From contig JAAOMT010000607.1 of assembly GCA_016748015.1 (NCBI GenBank), positions 372,001 to 436,000 on the forward strand: a stretch of 64,000 nucleotides of DNA. The letters are read 5' to 3'. Position 1 is the first letter of the stretch. The number at the start of each line of letters is the position of its first letter. Of this stretch, positions 1-14,110 are shown piece after piece. The notes under the pieces are model-generated. The model was not told the DNA's origin. It was given only the letters and a program-made list of their open reading frames with translations, and did no database searches. Source of the DNA: Geosiphon pyriformis uo1. Its lineage: Eukaryota > Fungi > Glomeromycota. The position numbers were made by a program, and so were the translations under genes.

Positions 1-1060
1 GTGAATTTATGAATCAAATATGTCCTAACTTACTTAATAGAGAGAAAAAAAGAGTTCTTGTAGTCTATAATAAATGTATTTTTTATTTAAATAATAACAA
101 ACATGGCATATAAACTGAACATAAAAATTTGCCACTAAAAAAAAAGGAAATAGAAAATTATTTATGGTCAGTAAATTTTTAACTAAAATTAATAGATGTT
201 TATATTTACAACAAAATGATATAGAAAACTATTCTAATATATTAGAAAAAGCATAATGTTATTTGCAATCTGGTATAAATCAAGATAGTTATTGGACAGC
301 AAACTATCTTCTTAAACAAATTAAATATAAAGCAATTTTAATTTTTAAGAAATTATATCCAGATTGTACAGTCATATTTGCTTTCAATAATAGCTTTAAT
401 TATACAGTATTTAGTAAAGATACTTTAATTACAAGCAGAATAAATTTAAGTCCAGGTAGAAGACAATCATTAATACAAAATATTTTTTTTGGATTAGATA
501 ATTAATTACAATTAATAATCTTTTTAGAAACATATTCAGATGAAAAACTTTGAGAATTGTCTAAAAAAATTAAACAAGTATTAATAGAACAAGAAAAATG
601 ACTATCAAAAAAATTAGTATTAGAATGCAAAAAATGCAAAAAAAAAATCAAAAATTTTCAAAAGTTTCTTATTATGCACATCAAGTAATATCTTTGGAAT
701 CTGATTTTTTTACTCAAAAAAATGCAATTACAGAATTAATCAAAAGTATAGAACATAAGTACATTTTTTTTCCAAAATTTCATTGTAAATTAAATTTTAT
801 TGAAAAATATTAAGGAGTTGCTAAAAGATATACACATAACAAATACAATTATTCATGAAAAGAATTACAAAAAACAGTATCTAAAAGTTTTAAATTAATA
901 TCTTTAATAACTATTAGACAATTTTCAAGAAAATATTGGTGTTATATAAATTTTTATAGAAAAAGTCTTAATGAAAAATTAGTAAAATATGCTATAAAAA
1001 AGTATTAATCTTATAAAAAAATTTCAGATAATATTCTTGAAAAATTAGACAAATTAAATA
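1..1060 (+). pseudogene. DDE transposase pseudogene, IS630/Tc1/mariner superfamily (C-terminal part)
   Basis: ORF fragments NQDSYWT...FAFNNSFNY (decayed FAFDNSSNH, second D) and HKYIFFPKFHCKLNFIEKY (P-x-x-x-x-E/D-L-N-x-I-E catalytic-E motif). Many stops. The long D-to-E spacing resembles fungal Sagan-like ITm elements (inference). Confidence 0.75.
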
Positions 1061-1330
1061 ATATTCAAACTTTGTAATACTGTATTTGGTTTTATATTAT
1101 ATAAAATTTAATAAAATTTTATTTTTTATTATAAATAATATATTAAAAACACATGTATATTGACCAATAAACTTTAATTATATAAATAAAAACACATAAA
1201 AATTATCATTTAAAATTTCGGACTGATTTATATTTTTGATGATTATAAATAGTTTGTATTATATTATTGATATTTTTTTAAAAAAAAAATTTTATAAAAT
1301 TTTATATTTAATTGTATTAATTATATATAA

Positions 1331-1430
1331 AAAAACTTGTTTTATTGGTTATAATCTGGATATATATGAACAGAACAAATGTGTTGTTATTTGTTTTGCT
1401 AATAAAGCTTTAAAAAAAACTATTATTAAC
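1331..1430 (+). mobile_element. About 100-bp internal fragment of LINE ORF1, present only in the left arm
   Basis: Translates as KTCFIGYNLDIYEQNKCVVICFANKA, similar to LINE1 ORF1 KTCFIGHNPGLYVHNRCAIICFKNKT. Absent at the matching right-arm position (~58370). Confidence 0.75.
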
Positions 1431-1813
1431 TATATTTTATATTAATTAAATTATTGATAATAATTTAATTACAAAAATGTTATATAAATTTTTTATATAT
1501 ATTTTATATTATAAAAGAAAATAATTTAATTTTAAAATTACAATTAAATAATTATTTTAATACCAAAATATTTGTTTTTATTTAATTAAAAGATAATTTA
1601 AAAATTTAAAATATATACAAAAATAAGTTATAAAAAAATTTTATTAAAAACAATAATCATATAATATATTTATTAAAAATTATTTTAAATAATTAAAAAT
1701 ATTAATTATATATTTTTTTTTATTAAGTTTAATGAGTATAATCTAATTATTACTTAATATTTTAGAACAAATTAAGTATTTTAAACCAAATGTAGTTTAT
1801 GTATTTTCTATAT

Positions 1814-2770
1814 TATTATTTGAAGAAAAAAAGCCTATTAAAAAAAGAAAGAAAAATATGACTTAAAGAAAAAATGTGACAAAATATGAAGGAACACAGA
1901 ATAATATACAATAACATTGGATAATACATTATAATATAGGATAATGTATTATAATGCAGGATAACATAGAATAATATATTATAATATAAGATAACATATT
2001 ATAATGCAGGATAACACAGAATAACATATAATAATGTCAGATAACATATTATAACATAAGATAATTAGTTATAACATAAAAAAACAAAATGATAGCTAGT
2101 AAGAACAAACAATCCAAAGCAATCCTGTAAAACTAGAGAATATGTATATATAATAGTAGCATTAAAAGCAAAAAAGACAGAATCACCAGACAAAAATTCA
2201 TTAGTTACTATTCCCTAATTAGAAACAATATCATTCCAAATATCAATAAATATACTTATTCAGCATCTCAAATTCAATTGCTTACTATCTACTCTAAATG
2301 TTGATAGTAATTAATACTTGATCATACTAGAACAATAGCTCTTGATCATGGCTATTAATAGGATATTAACTTGCAATTGCCTTGGCTTATTTTTTTATTT
2401 TTTTCTTTATCTTTTTTATTTTTTTTTTCTTTATTTTGTTGTGTTTACTAATTGATTAAGGATTAAGTGCTAAGTTATTGACATCAAAGATTGTCTGGTA
2501 AAAAACCTCTGTGAGTGGGTAAAATGTATAAGAATTATGGATTGCTTACTAGAAGATTGCCAGCCACCAAACTAAGAAAAAAATTGACAAAATTGCAATT
2601 CTGGGAAGCTATAGATAAAAATAACACAGGAATCTCTGTTCATTATACAAAAAACTCAATTAAAACCTTCAGAACATGAAAATCTTCAGATTACTATCAT
2701 CCTATATTAATTGAGCACCAAGTTATAAGTTTATTATTTGTTTCAAAATCCCAAATAATTACTTGTAATA
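1814..2770 (+). repeat. 5' LTR of element A
   Basis: Direct repeat of 11110-12067. TATA-like TGTATATATAA at ~2143, AATAAA at ~2245, ends TGTAATA. Confidence 0.93.
1901..2080 (+). promoter_or_regulatory. U3 array of 18 x 10-bp units (mostly ATAAYRYRNN), putative enhancer
   Basis: Perfect 10-bp register, e.g. ataatgcagg/ataacatatt/ataacacaga. Repeated at ~11198-11377. Confidence 0.7.
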
Positions 2771-2788
2771 TTTGGTGCTTTCTGTGAA
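2771..2788 (+). promoter_or_regulatory. Primer-binding site of element A
   Basis: TTTGGTGCTTTCTGTGA directly after the LTR. The family consensus TGGTGCTCCCTGTGAG would pair with a tRNA ending ...GGAGCACCA (Ile-UAU or elongator Met type; inference). Confidence 0.8.
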
Positions 2789-2833
2789 GTATAATTCTAC
2801 AAAGAACCAGTACCAATAAACAACCATCCAAAA

Positions 2834-5800
2834 GTAACAGAATTAGAAAGAATAGGGACAAACTATTTAGAATTTGCCAAATCCTTATTTTAACATTATT
2901 GTTAATATTTAAGATTAATCCACAATTACTTATCAGCAGAATCTGCCTTTAACTTTTACATTAACAAAAAAATCTCATATTTGCTAGGAGTACCAGTAGA
3001 AACAGACTTAACAAGAGGAAATTTTTACAATGAACTAATTCAAAACACCAGCCTATTAGCAAATCATAATTTTACAGCAATTCTTACTGAAATCAATAAA
3101 AAAATTGAACATTACACTTAACAAAAATATCTTATCACTTATACAACCAAAAATAAAAGAAAACTACAGATATTAGCAATAATACTTCAAAAAATACAAC
3201 CACCTACTTGAAAGAAAACAAGAGTTGAATCACCAACTCATCTATCATATTACTACATACCTAGAAGCATCATTAACATTTTATTAGCAGGCGCATTCAC
3301 ATCAAATGTAAAAACACCATTAGCATAGATACCATTTCAAAGTAAACAATCAAAAACTGACTTATTAAAAACCTATAGCAAATATTTTGAAAAATTTAAA
3401 TTGCAATCTCTGATGCCATCAAGATTTCAATCACTACTACCACCACCACCAGATTTCAAAATCACAAGCTCTTGGAAAGTAACAGAATCAGAAGAAAAGG
3501 AAGATGACAATCAAGAATTTAATTATCAAAACCCAATTGTAGAAAACCTGGAAGTTGAAACTCTGAATATTCAAATTCCAGAAAATCAGAACAATCCAAA
3601 TTCTGACATTATTAACCAGCAACATCTATCTTCAGTAATCATAACCAATTAGCCACCAATTAAACCAATTTAACAGTCACAAGTACCACCTCAACAACAA
3701 TTGTAACAACCACTTTAACAATCACCACAACAAATAGCATATGCATCAATTGCCAAGATTGAAAAATTTACTGGCAAAGAAGATAATACACAAGTATGGC
3801 TGAATAATATAAAAAAAGCCATTGCAGCCAACAGATAAAACAATACCAGAGTACTCCAAGCCATCCCATACTTTCTTTAGGATACTACTGACTTATAATA
3901 TCAAAGCTTGGCCAACAAACTTCAAGATTTCAACATGTTCAAAATTGAATTCTTGAGATATTTTAACAATAATAATAGTATTAATTGCTTGGCCAATATC
4001 TTTACTACCATTAAGCAAAGGGAAACTAAAACAGTCATTACTTATTTAGGACACTTCTACAGAAATTTATGCCAAATTTAAGCAATACAAACTGATTATT
4101 TCACCATATCACAAATCTTGAATCAATTTATTAGAGGTTTGTGCAATAGCATTCTTTAATGCATATGTCTATTACATTCAACAGATTTTCAAGTTGCAGT
4201 TACTTATGCCAGAGATTTGAAGCCACTGAATTAGAAGCCAACCACACCCAAGCTGTAAATTTAATAATAAATGGATTATCTAACATAGATTCCAAATTGA
4301 AACAATTCAGTGATTCGATTAATCAAAAAATTAAAAGGTACTTAGCTAACAACAATTAATCTATTTATCAATCTTTACAATATTGCAACAACTCAGGAAA
4401 CTCCAGTCAGCCTTAAAATCAAATGTGTCCACCATCATCAGTCAATTAATTATGACAACAAAAAACATGTGTTTGTTACAATTGTGGTAAATAAGGTTAT
4501 CTTAGAGCTAACTGCAGAGCATATTGCAATCAACTACAATCAGAGAGTTAATATTAAAACCCTGATCACAGATTTTAAACCCCGAACCACTACTCAAATC
4601 AAGATTACTATCAACCACATTACATTCAAGTAGCACAACAACCAATCTACCAAACTCCAATGTATTAAACTCCAACACCAGTTATCTACCAACCACAGCC
4701 ACAAGTGATATATCAACTCCAACAAATTTAAACTCTGCCACAAAATCCAACCCAGATGTTACCTAAAAACCAAAAACTGAGAATTGTTCAGCAAAACTGG
4801 AGATCAGTAATAATTGTTCATCAACTGACCCCCAGTTTATCTAACCACGCCTTAGGATTATGTCCCAGAAATTCAGGAAACAAGTACAACCAAAATCCAA
4901 GTTTTTTAAACTATCCAAGTCTTTTAGTTACTCCAGAAGATGTTTTAACCAACAATCTAAAAACCTTTCTGAAACAAACAATCAACAACAACATACCTCC
5001 AGCCACCATTACCAATGATAAATCATTAGCAACCATTTTTTTCTTCAAAATTAAGGGACCAACTGAAACTCCTTTTTTTAGTGAAACTGTCTTTGATATA
5101 AAACTCATCACTGCTATATACACTAATGCCAAGATTAATGGGCAGGCCATTAAGCTAATCTTAAATAGTGGTTCAGCAGACAGCATCATTATATAACAAC
5201 TCATGAACCAATTAGGTTACCAAGTTGATTGCACTGTTAATACTAGGATTAATATGGCAATGAAGCCACAAAAACTTCCATTAACAAGATTGATGACTTT
5301 CTCTTAGAAGTTAACAGTATTACTGTATCAATTAAAGTCCTAGTAATAGAAGCCACCCAATACCAAGCACTCATTGGTAATAACTGGTTGTTCAAAACCA
5401 ATACAATACTTGATTAGACTACACAGAAACTTTAATTCAGTCAGAATGGTCAATACACACGTGTACCAGCCACATGTGATTACTTCAAGACCACCAACAC
5501 ACAAGCACTACTTATCAAATTCAATGACAAAGAAAAAAAATCTACCTGAGAAGCCTACCAAGTTTTTTGGGCTGATACTAATCACAATAAATTACCATTG
5601 CTACTCTTCTGAAATGACAAAGAGAAAGAAAGAAAAGAAGATGTACTTGAAGAAGACACCACCAAAGAAGAAATCACTAGTGACTGAAAAAAAGAGTACT
5701 TACATAAACCAATAAAGGAGTCACTATATATACCACTCAAATACAAAGACTGCCAGAAAAAACTTTTTTTCATAGGAGCTTGGATTACACCTAATGAAAA

Positions 5801-8800
5801 CTACTGAACAAAAACTCACTATTACTGCAAGCCATGCCACAGAAAACACTACAGCTACCCAAAACAACAAGGAAAGTGGGATAATAAACTATGTTTTACT
5901 TATGGCAAACAATTACTCAATGAAAAAATGTGGAACAACATTTCTGGTTGAAGAGAAATATCCAACACTTTATGCCAGTACATGATTCTCATTAGTAACT
6001 AGATAAGTCATAAAACACCTATTACAGCTGCATAGCACCAAGCAATCTCTTACTTGAACAGTTACTTACATGACAAAGATAAAATCTGGCAAATGGCAAA
6101 CACCAAAGTTGAAAGCACTTTGTCCAATAAAATTTTAGAAATTAAAAACAACTCACTAAAGCCAGTGGAAACAGTTTTCATTCCAAATTCTGATGTTTTT
6201 CTCGACATTAAAACAGACCCAAAAAAATTTCATAAACACTATCAAAATCTAACACCTATAAGAACAGAGCAAGAACAACACTTGAAAGAAATAAACACCC
6301 AACTATGTAACCACTGTTTGATTCTATGTGATTTTCAATATTGTAATGAGTGTAACCTCATTTACAATCCACCATTATGCATGATCTACACAATCTTAGA
6401 AGAAGATAAACCAATTAGCAGCTGTATATTAGAATTGGAATCACAGTTCAATTTTAATTTAAACTCTGACAATGATAATGATAAAAACAACAGTCCCAGC
6501 TCTATTCAAAATGGCAATAATAATAATAATAATTCAAACTCCAATGCCAACTCCAAACAATATATCATGTTTTCTAATCTCTTCAAGGAGCAAGAACTCA
6601 AATAGTTCAGCAATAATGATGAAAGCATTATGCCAGAACATGCACATGATACAGATGTAGAGTTTAATCTGAGGTATCCCAGAAAAGAAGCCATAAAATT
6701 GGAACCACATTTGCACACATGTATTGATTTAAAAATAGCACTGGAAATCTTAGCAACTACAATAGTTCAGTTAGCATCTAGAAGTAGTTTGGCAAAAAAA
6801 AAAATTAATATAAGAGAAAAAATAATTAACACAGAATACATAAGAAATACCATTGCTATACTACAAAATGATTCAAAAAAGACCTATATTATAGAACCAA
6901 ACAAAAAGATAGCATAGGCAATATTCTTGCCTCTGGTTAAAATAACTCAGCTAGTGTTAATAGAAAACAAGAAAAAATTAGAAATAATAGCAAAAGGGAT
7001 AAATAGATTTGGATCCATGGAAAAAGTAGATATATCAGTTAATATGACAGAGGAAAAGATTGTTGACAAGGGAAAAATTATCTCTATTTGTCAACCAATC
7101 TCTATTCTATCATATGACCAGTACATAGTAGCTATAGAAAAGAAAGTAAAGGATTAGGCTCAAATATTTGAAGCAGAAATTATGATCTGTAAATCAAGAA
7201 AAATTAAACTTACTAATTTTTACATATCAGCTAAAAGCTTTAAAAATATCAAAATCCCAATATACAATACTACTGAAGATGTCATTAAAATCCTGGAAAG
7301 AACTATTATTAGATATTTGACTATTGAAGTTGAGGATCAACCACCAAACCACATTTTAAACTTTCCACAGCTGTGTAGTTATGTAGATATTATATCACAA
7401 ACTATTTACAGACAAAACAAATATTATCTACTCTAACCAAAACAATTGAAAAAGATAAACTTGGAAAATCTAGACTCACTTCAATATATGCAGATCAAGA
7501 TGTTACTTAACAACTTTAATAACATTTTTGCCAGTCAAAATGAATTTGGCTATACTAATATCATCCAGCATTAGATCAAGACTGGTAATATAATGCCAAT
7601 AAAACAATGAGCATACAGAGTACCACTAGCCAGCCATAAAATCATCCAGCAGAAAATCAATTGGATGCTAGACAATGGGTTAATTCAATCATCCATGAGT
7701 TCATGATTATTACCAGTGATACTAGTCCATAAAAAAAATGGGAAAATCTGCTTTTGTGTGGATTATAGAAAACTCAACAGAGTTATTTGTGAAGACAATT
7801 ATCTGATTTCATGTATCCAAAAATTATTTGATGCTTTTGGTGGAAAAAAATAGTTTTCAACATTGGATTTAAATAGTGGTTACTGACAAATAGCCATAAA
7901 TTCAGCCAACAAAGAAAAAATCACATTTATAACAAAGAGAAATTTTAAATTTGAAGTAATACCATTTGGCTTAATAAACACTTCAGCCACATTCCAATGG
8001 CTAATGGAAATTGTTTACATTAGACTACTATGGAAATCAGTAGTTGTGTACTTAGATAATACCAACATGTTTTCTAAGACATTTAATGATCATTTACATT
8101 ATCTCTAACAAGTGTTTGAAAGATTGAGAAGAGTCAGACTAAAGTTAAATGCCAACAAGTGCTTCTTTGACAAAACAGAATTAAAATTTTTGGGACATAT
8201 TGTAAGTAAAAATGACATCAAAATGGATCCAGACAAGATTGAGATAGTTAAAAACTTTCTAGTACCAACCAATTTAACCAAACTATAAATATTCTTGGGA
8301 TTTGCTGGATACTATCACCACTTTATTAAAGACTTTTCTAAATTGGCTTAACTATTACACCAGCTTTAAGCAAAGAACACCAAATATAAATAAATGAAAA
8401 ACCAGCAAGAAGCTTTTGACATATTAAGAAGAAAGCTTATTTAAGCTTCAATACTGATTTATCCAGATTACAGCAAGCCATTTATCATCACCACCAATGC
8501 ATTAGATCAAGCATTAGAAGCAGTATTATCACAGAGAGGACCAGATAGAAGAGAATATCCAGTAGTATATGTTAGCCAAAGTTTGAGTCCAGCAGAAAAA
8601 AACTATAAAACATTAGCATTAGAACACTTAGCTATTTATTAAACAGTTATAAAATGGAAGAAATACTTAAGCCAAAAATTTGACATATATACTGATCACA
8701 AAGAATTGACATTAATCCAGAAACAAGAATTTGGAGATAATCACTATGTCAGATGTAAAATAGAACTATCACTATTTAAATATACAGTACATTATAAAAA

Positions 8801-10245
8801 AAGAAAAGACAATAGAAATGCTGATGGCTTGTTGCAAATAAGACAAATCTGAACATTTCAAAAAAAAAAACAACAAAAGATGAACACACAAAAATACCAA
8901 TAACTCCAAAATTATATAAATACTAAACAGTTCAAGGAGAAATTATCTCAAAAAAAACAAAACACCATAAAACAACAATCAAAATATTTTATCATCTATT
9001 GCAATCTACTTTATCAAAAGAACCAAAAAAATTTTGAACAACCAACTAGAGTAATCACAAAAGCAGAGAAGGAAACAATACAATTCAACATGTACTCAAA
9101 TCCAACAGTAGGACATTGCCATAAAAAAACAACCATAAAAAAAACCAGAAATAGATATTATTAGACATCCATGTATTCAGACATTATCCAATACATTCAA
9201 AATTGTGATGCTTGTTAGAAAAAAAAAAACAAGACTCAACGAGCCATTAAGACCAATCAAAATAGGACAACTATTTGATTATATTGGAATTGACTTAGTC
9301 AGACCATTAACAATAACTAGCAGAGGGAACAGATATATTACAGTAGTCATAAATTATCTCACTAAATGGCCAGAAGCAAAAGTGATTCAAAGAGCAAATG
9401 CAGAATCTGTTGCCAAATTTGTCTATCAAGATCTGATTTGTCAACATAGATGTCCAAAAGAATTATTATCTGATCAAAAAACTCACTTTGTAAATAAAAC
9501 ATTAACAGAACTAAGTTAAAGATTCGGAATAAAAAGACTATTATCATCACCATATCATTCACAAACCAATGGATTAGTTAAAAGATTTAATAAAATATTG
9601 TGCAAAGTAATAGCCAAGATCAGCCAAAAAAACCAGGATAAATAAGATTTATTCATACCATCAGTATTATTTGCTTATCAGACAATAAAGCAAGATACTA
9701 TATAAGCAACATCATTTGAATTAGTATACAGTAGAACAGCAACATTACCAGTTGAGATAGAGATTAATACATATCCAATAGAACCAATAACAAAAGACAA
9801 TTTCCAAGAAAAATTGCTGAAAAAAACATATGACTTAATGGAAATGCTAGAAAACAAATGATGAAAAACAGCTGATAACATCCAAAAGTCACAAAAAAAA
9901 CAAAAAAAAAGACACAATAACCAACTACCAGATAAACCAGTTGAATTCAAAATTGGAGACAAAATACTATTACATTATACCAAAGTGGAAAAACAGTAAA
10001 ATAGAAAGTTTGGCCCAAAATAGAATAGACTATTTCACATACACAAAATTTTGGAAAATGGATCTTACAAGTTATGATTAGAAAACAGAATTCTGAAAAA
10101 AACAGCACATAGAAATCATTTAAAAATTTATTAAACAACACAAAAATTGACATTATTGGTACCATAACTAAGAGCACAAATTCCATTAATCAGACTAAAA
10201 AATATACCACGAGATATGAAACCAATTATAATCATCAAAACATAA
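2834..10245 (+). pseudogene. gag-pol of element A (Gag, zinc knuckle, protease, Cys-rich domain, dUTPase, RT, RNase H, integrase)
   Basis: Decayed CCHC knuckle CYNCGK at ~4474, LILNSGS (decayed DSG) at ~5155, dUTPase at 6630-7025, RT YLDN (decayed YLDD) at ~8049, integrase GIDLV...TKWPEA at 9286-9378. Many nonsense mutations. Confidence 0.92.
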
Positions 10246-10254
10246 CTATAACAC

Positions 10255-11094
10255 ATGCCAAAATTTAGATATTACATATATATAAGCCTTAAGACCACAA
10301 AAAAGGAAATGATAGAAATTTCAAACATAGATCTTTTAGACAAAATTTTAAAATTATCTAAACAATTATTTAATAAAATTCAAAAATCTACATCTCAAAT
10401 AGAGATTATAATCAATAAAAAAAAGATAAGATATAGAGATAAGGAGAAAAAGAGATAAGCAAAAGTTCAACTAAAACTAACTATTCCTATCTTTACACTC
10501 TGCCCAAGAAAAAAATTTTACAAAAAAGAATTAAATATATTTCTTAGACAGAACATGAAGAAAAAGAAGGGGAGAAAGAAAAAGAAGTAAAAAAATTGGA
10601 TAAAAAACAAAAACAATTATATACAACATAATTGGCTTTCAAGCTAGAAAAAATTAAAGAATCTTTAACTTATAGAACCAAACTTCCTAAAACAGGGAAG
10701 TGGACACCAAACAATGTCCAAGAGTAGAAAAAAACTCTCTTCAACATATTGGTTTTACAAAATTAGGGAACAACTAGACTTAAAAAACCCATATAGAGAC
10801 TACAACCAGAAAACTTTTAACAAAGAAGCAATACAACAAGTAGAAAAATTTATAGGAAGAAGCAACCAGACACTATACTACAAAGCAACATGTCGATTAT
10901 ACATCACTTTTTAATATTGTTCAAACATACTATTGAATGAATCTTTAAAAAAGATAACAGTTAACAACATAAGATAAATGACTAATCAACAGTTTGAAAA
11001 TTTACAAAAAGCCATAGTCAACATAACCATTAAATATTACATGAATAAAGTTCTATTAACAGATATAACTGATTTTGCAGAAGCTCAATATTAA
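10255..11094 (+). pseudogene. Extra 3' ORF (ORF3) of element A, unknown function
   Basis: ATG 10 nt after the pol stop. Fragments 10255-10458 and 10714-10914 are homologous to B ORF3; ends DFAEAQY-stop at the PPT. Confidence 0.7.
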
Positions 11095-11109
11095 AAAAAA
11101 AGATGATAA

Positions 11110-12067
11110 TATTACTTGAAGAAAAAAAGCCTATCAAAAAAAAAAGAAAAAATGTCATCTAAAAAAAAAACATAAAATAAATATGAAGGAACACAAAATA
11201 ATATGCAATAATATTAGATAATATATTATAACATAGGATAATGTGTTATAATGCAGAATAACATAGAATAATGCATTATAACATAGAATAACATATTATA
11301 ATACAAGATAACACAAAATAACATGTAATAATATCAGATAATATGTTATAACATAGGATAATTAGTTATAACATAAGAAAATAAAGTGATAGTTAGCAAG
11401 AACAGACAATCCAAAGCAATCCTGTAAAACTAAAAAATTTGTACATATAACAGTAGCATTAGAAGCAAAAAAACAGAATTGTTAGACAAAAATTCATTAA
11501 TTACTATTCCCTAGTTAAAAACCATATTATTCTAAATATCAATAAATATACTTATTCAGCATTTCAAATCCAATTATTTGCTATCAACTCTAAATGTTGA
11601 TAGTAATTGATACTTGACTATACTAGAACAATAGCTTTTAATCATGACTATTGACAAGATATTAATTTGCAATTGTTTTGGCTTATTTTTTTTATTTTTT
11701 TTTTTATTTTTTTTATTTTTATTTTTTTTATTTTGTTGTGTTTACTAATTGATTAAGGATTAAGTACTGAGTTATTAACATCAAGAATTGCCTGGTAAAA
11801 GACCTCTGTGAGTGGGTAGAACACATAAGAATTACAGATTGCTTATCAGAGGATTGTTGGCCATCAAGCTGAGAAAAAAATTAACAGAATTATGATTTTG
11901 GGAAGCTACAGATAAAAATAACATGAAAATTTCTGTCCATTATATAAAGAACTCAATTAAAACCTTTAGAACACGAAAACCTTCAGATTACTACCATCCT
12001 ATATCAATTGAGCACCAAGTTACAGGTTTGTTATTTGTTTTAAGACCCCAAATAATCACTTGTAACA
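11110..12067 (+). repeat. 3' LTR of element A
   Basis: Preceded by a purine tract (11093-11109), ends TGTAACA, matches 1814-2770 with mostly transition differences. Confidence 0.93.
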
Positions 12068-14110
12068 ACATGTAATTAGTTATTTAAGCCAGTTTAGACT
12101 ATACTATATTGCTATAATAGAAGTAAATTTATCTAAAGTCAACATCTTTTGAATTATATCAAATAATATAACACTATAAAAGATTAATCTAACCAGTTAT
12201 TTAGCTGTTTTTAAGTAATTAGTTTTAATATTTTTGGTTTATATGTCTAAAAAAACATTAAATTAAAAAATATATCATTATCAACACTAACTGAAAAATC
12301 TGAATTACCAAACATGTTAATATTATTTATACAACACTTTTTTTTTAGTAAAACCACTTTTTTTCCTAACTTACCAACAACTTTGCTAAAAAAATCCAAA
12401 TAAATTATAAGTTTATTAACCTTGAGATTAAAAACACTGCTTAAAACCAAATTATCATTAATGAACTGTTCAAATGTAGTAACTAAAGAGCTAATAGGCT
12501 TAATAATTAATTTAATCAATGTAAAAAGTTTGGTCAGATTAAATTTCAAAAAAAACAACTAAAACAGCACCAAAAAGTCATCAATAACAACAGAAAAGAA
12601 GACAAAAGTCATCAAAAATCAAAATTCAGAAGAGCTCAAAGAAGTAAAAGCTTTGGCATAAGACTTAAAGCTAACAAAACAAAGTGTAAACATCTTAAAA
12701 GTCTTAAGAAGAGAAGGTGAAAACATTTTATAATCTACAGCCAGATAATTTATTTTTTAATATCTAAAACAGTATCAACAGCCAGAGATTTTTTATTAAA
12801 TATAGCACTTTTTTAGTGTACTAGTTTTGCTTACAGCAGTATTTAAATTCACTTAAAATCTAAACATAACTAGAGCAAACTAAAAACAATAATCAGAATT
12901 AAGAAAGTAAAAAATAAAACATGTTTAATTACAAACTTAAGAAATCATATTACTAATTTTAAAAACAGTACAGCCAAAAAAAAAGTTAACCAACTTGGTC
13001 TTAAATCTATTATAAGACAGAATAATCTCATTTTGATTTATTATAGAGAAAATTTTAACATTATTTTTACCTACTAAAACTGATCAATAATTTAAAATAG
13101 ATACAGCAAAATTCAGGTTTTCAAAATAAACAACCACATATTATCAAATACTAGTAGACTTTAACATAATACAAACAACTTTACTAAACACATTAAGAGC
13201 TGTTTTAATATTAACAACAGATATACTTAAAAGTATATTATACAGCACAACAGCAGCAGAAGAAGAACCAAATTTAGAAACTACCAAAGATTTGACAATT
13301 TAAAATTAACTAAATAAACAGAACTTGTAAGCTCAACCAAAAAAGCAGCTTTCAAAAACTCTTGAAAAGCAAACTCTATACAAAAAAGCTTTATATTGTT
13401 TTTTAATACTGACTTTGTATTTAAAAAGCCATGTATAGACTAGAAAACAATCTTAATATAAGCCAATTTAATTTTGAAAATAGTATTAAACATCTATTCA
13501 GCAAATCTTTAATGACTAGTAATAATTTCTCAAGTATTACCAATAGCAGCACCAAAAATCAATAAAAAAGACAATTTAGTTTTTATTTGGTCAATATAGT
13601 TTTTAAGAACAAATAACTCTACAAAAAATGATTATTTTAATTTTAAAACCAGTAAAAATTTGTTAGAAGACATCATATTTGACAACATAGCTAGTAGTTA
13701 ATTTTAGCTTATCTTAGACAATATATTAGATAATACAACAAAAATTTTATATAAAATCTCATTTGGAAATTACAAAAAAATTTGGTGTAACAATAACAAA
13801 AGTAAACAACTGCTCTCATTTTTTTTAAAAAAAAAATGCTAACAGTATTTGATGTAAAAACTATAAAAAAAACCAGCTTATTGACTAGTCTATTATTAAA
13901 AAATTTTAGGCTCTTTAAAAAAATAAAGACAATATTAAGACTAATCTAAATATGTCTTTTTGAGAAGACTTTGACCAGAAAAAAACCAATCAAAAATAAG
14001 AAAAATGCTTTAGTGGTCATTAAAAATAGTTTTTTATTATAAATATTTAAGAAAAAAGCTTTTAAGACATTCTGTTTAATAATTTTTACAACAAAAAGAG
14101 CTTTTTTGAT
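12068..14110 (-). mobile_element. Old ORF1-only LINE derivative (left-arm copy; its 3' end continues at ~1713-1813 beyond element A)
   Basis: Reverse complement of ~28010-29939 plus 39983-40110. Has a decayed ORF1 and the LINE-family 3' UTR, with poly(A) seen as a T-run at 1713-1721. The 5' boundary is approximate. Confidence 0.65.

Larger units (their letters stand above)
1814..12067 (+). mobile_element. Ty3/Gypsy LTR retrotransposon A, full length, degenerate
   Basis: Two ~957-bp LTRs with decayed TGTTAC...GTAACA ends, a 4-bp TSD ATAT(1810-1813)/ACAT(12068-12071), a PBS, a PPT, and PR-RT-RH-IN domain order. Confidence 0.95.

Noticed and set aside
1200-1240. Terminal inverted repeat of the DNA transposon
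   Set aside because: No matching partner end could be found by eye around 60500-61750.
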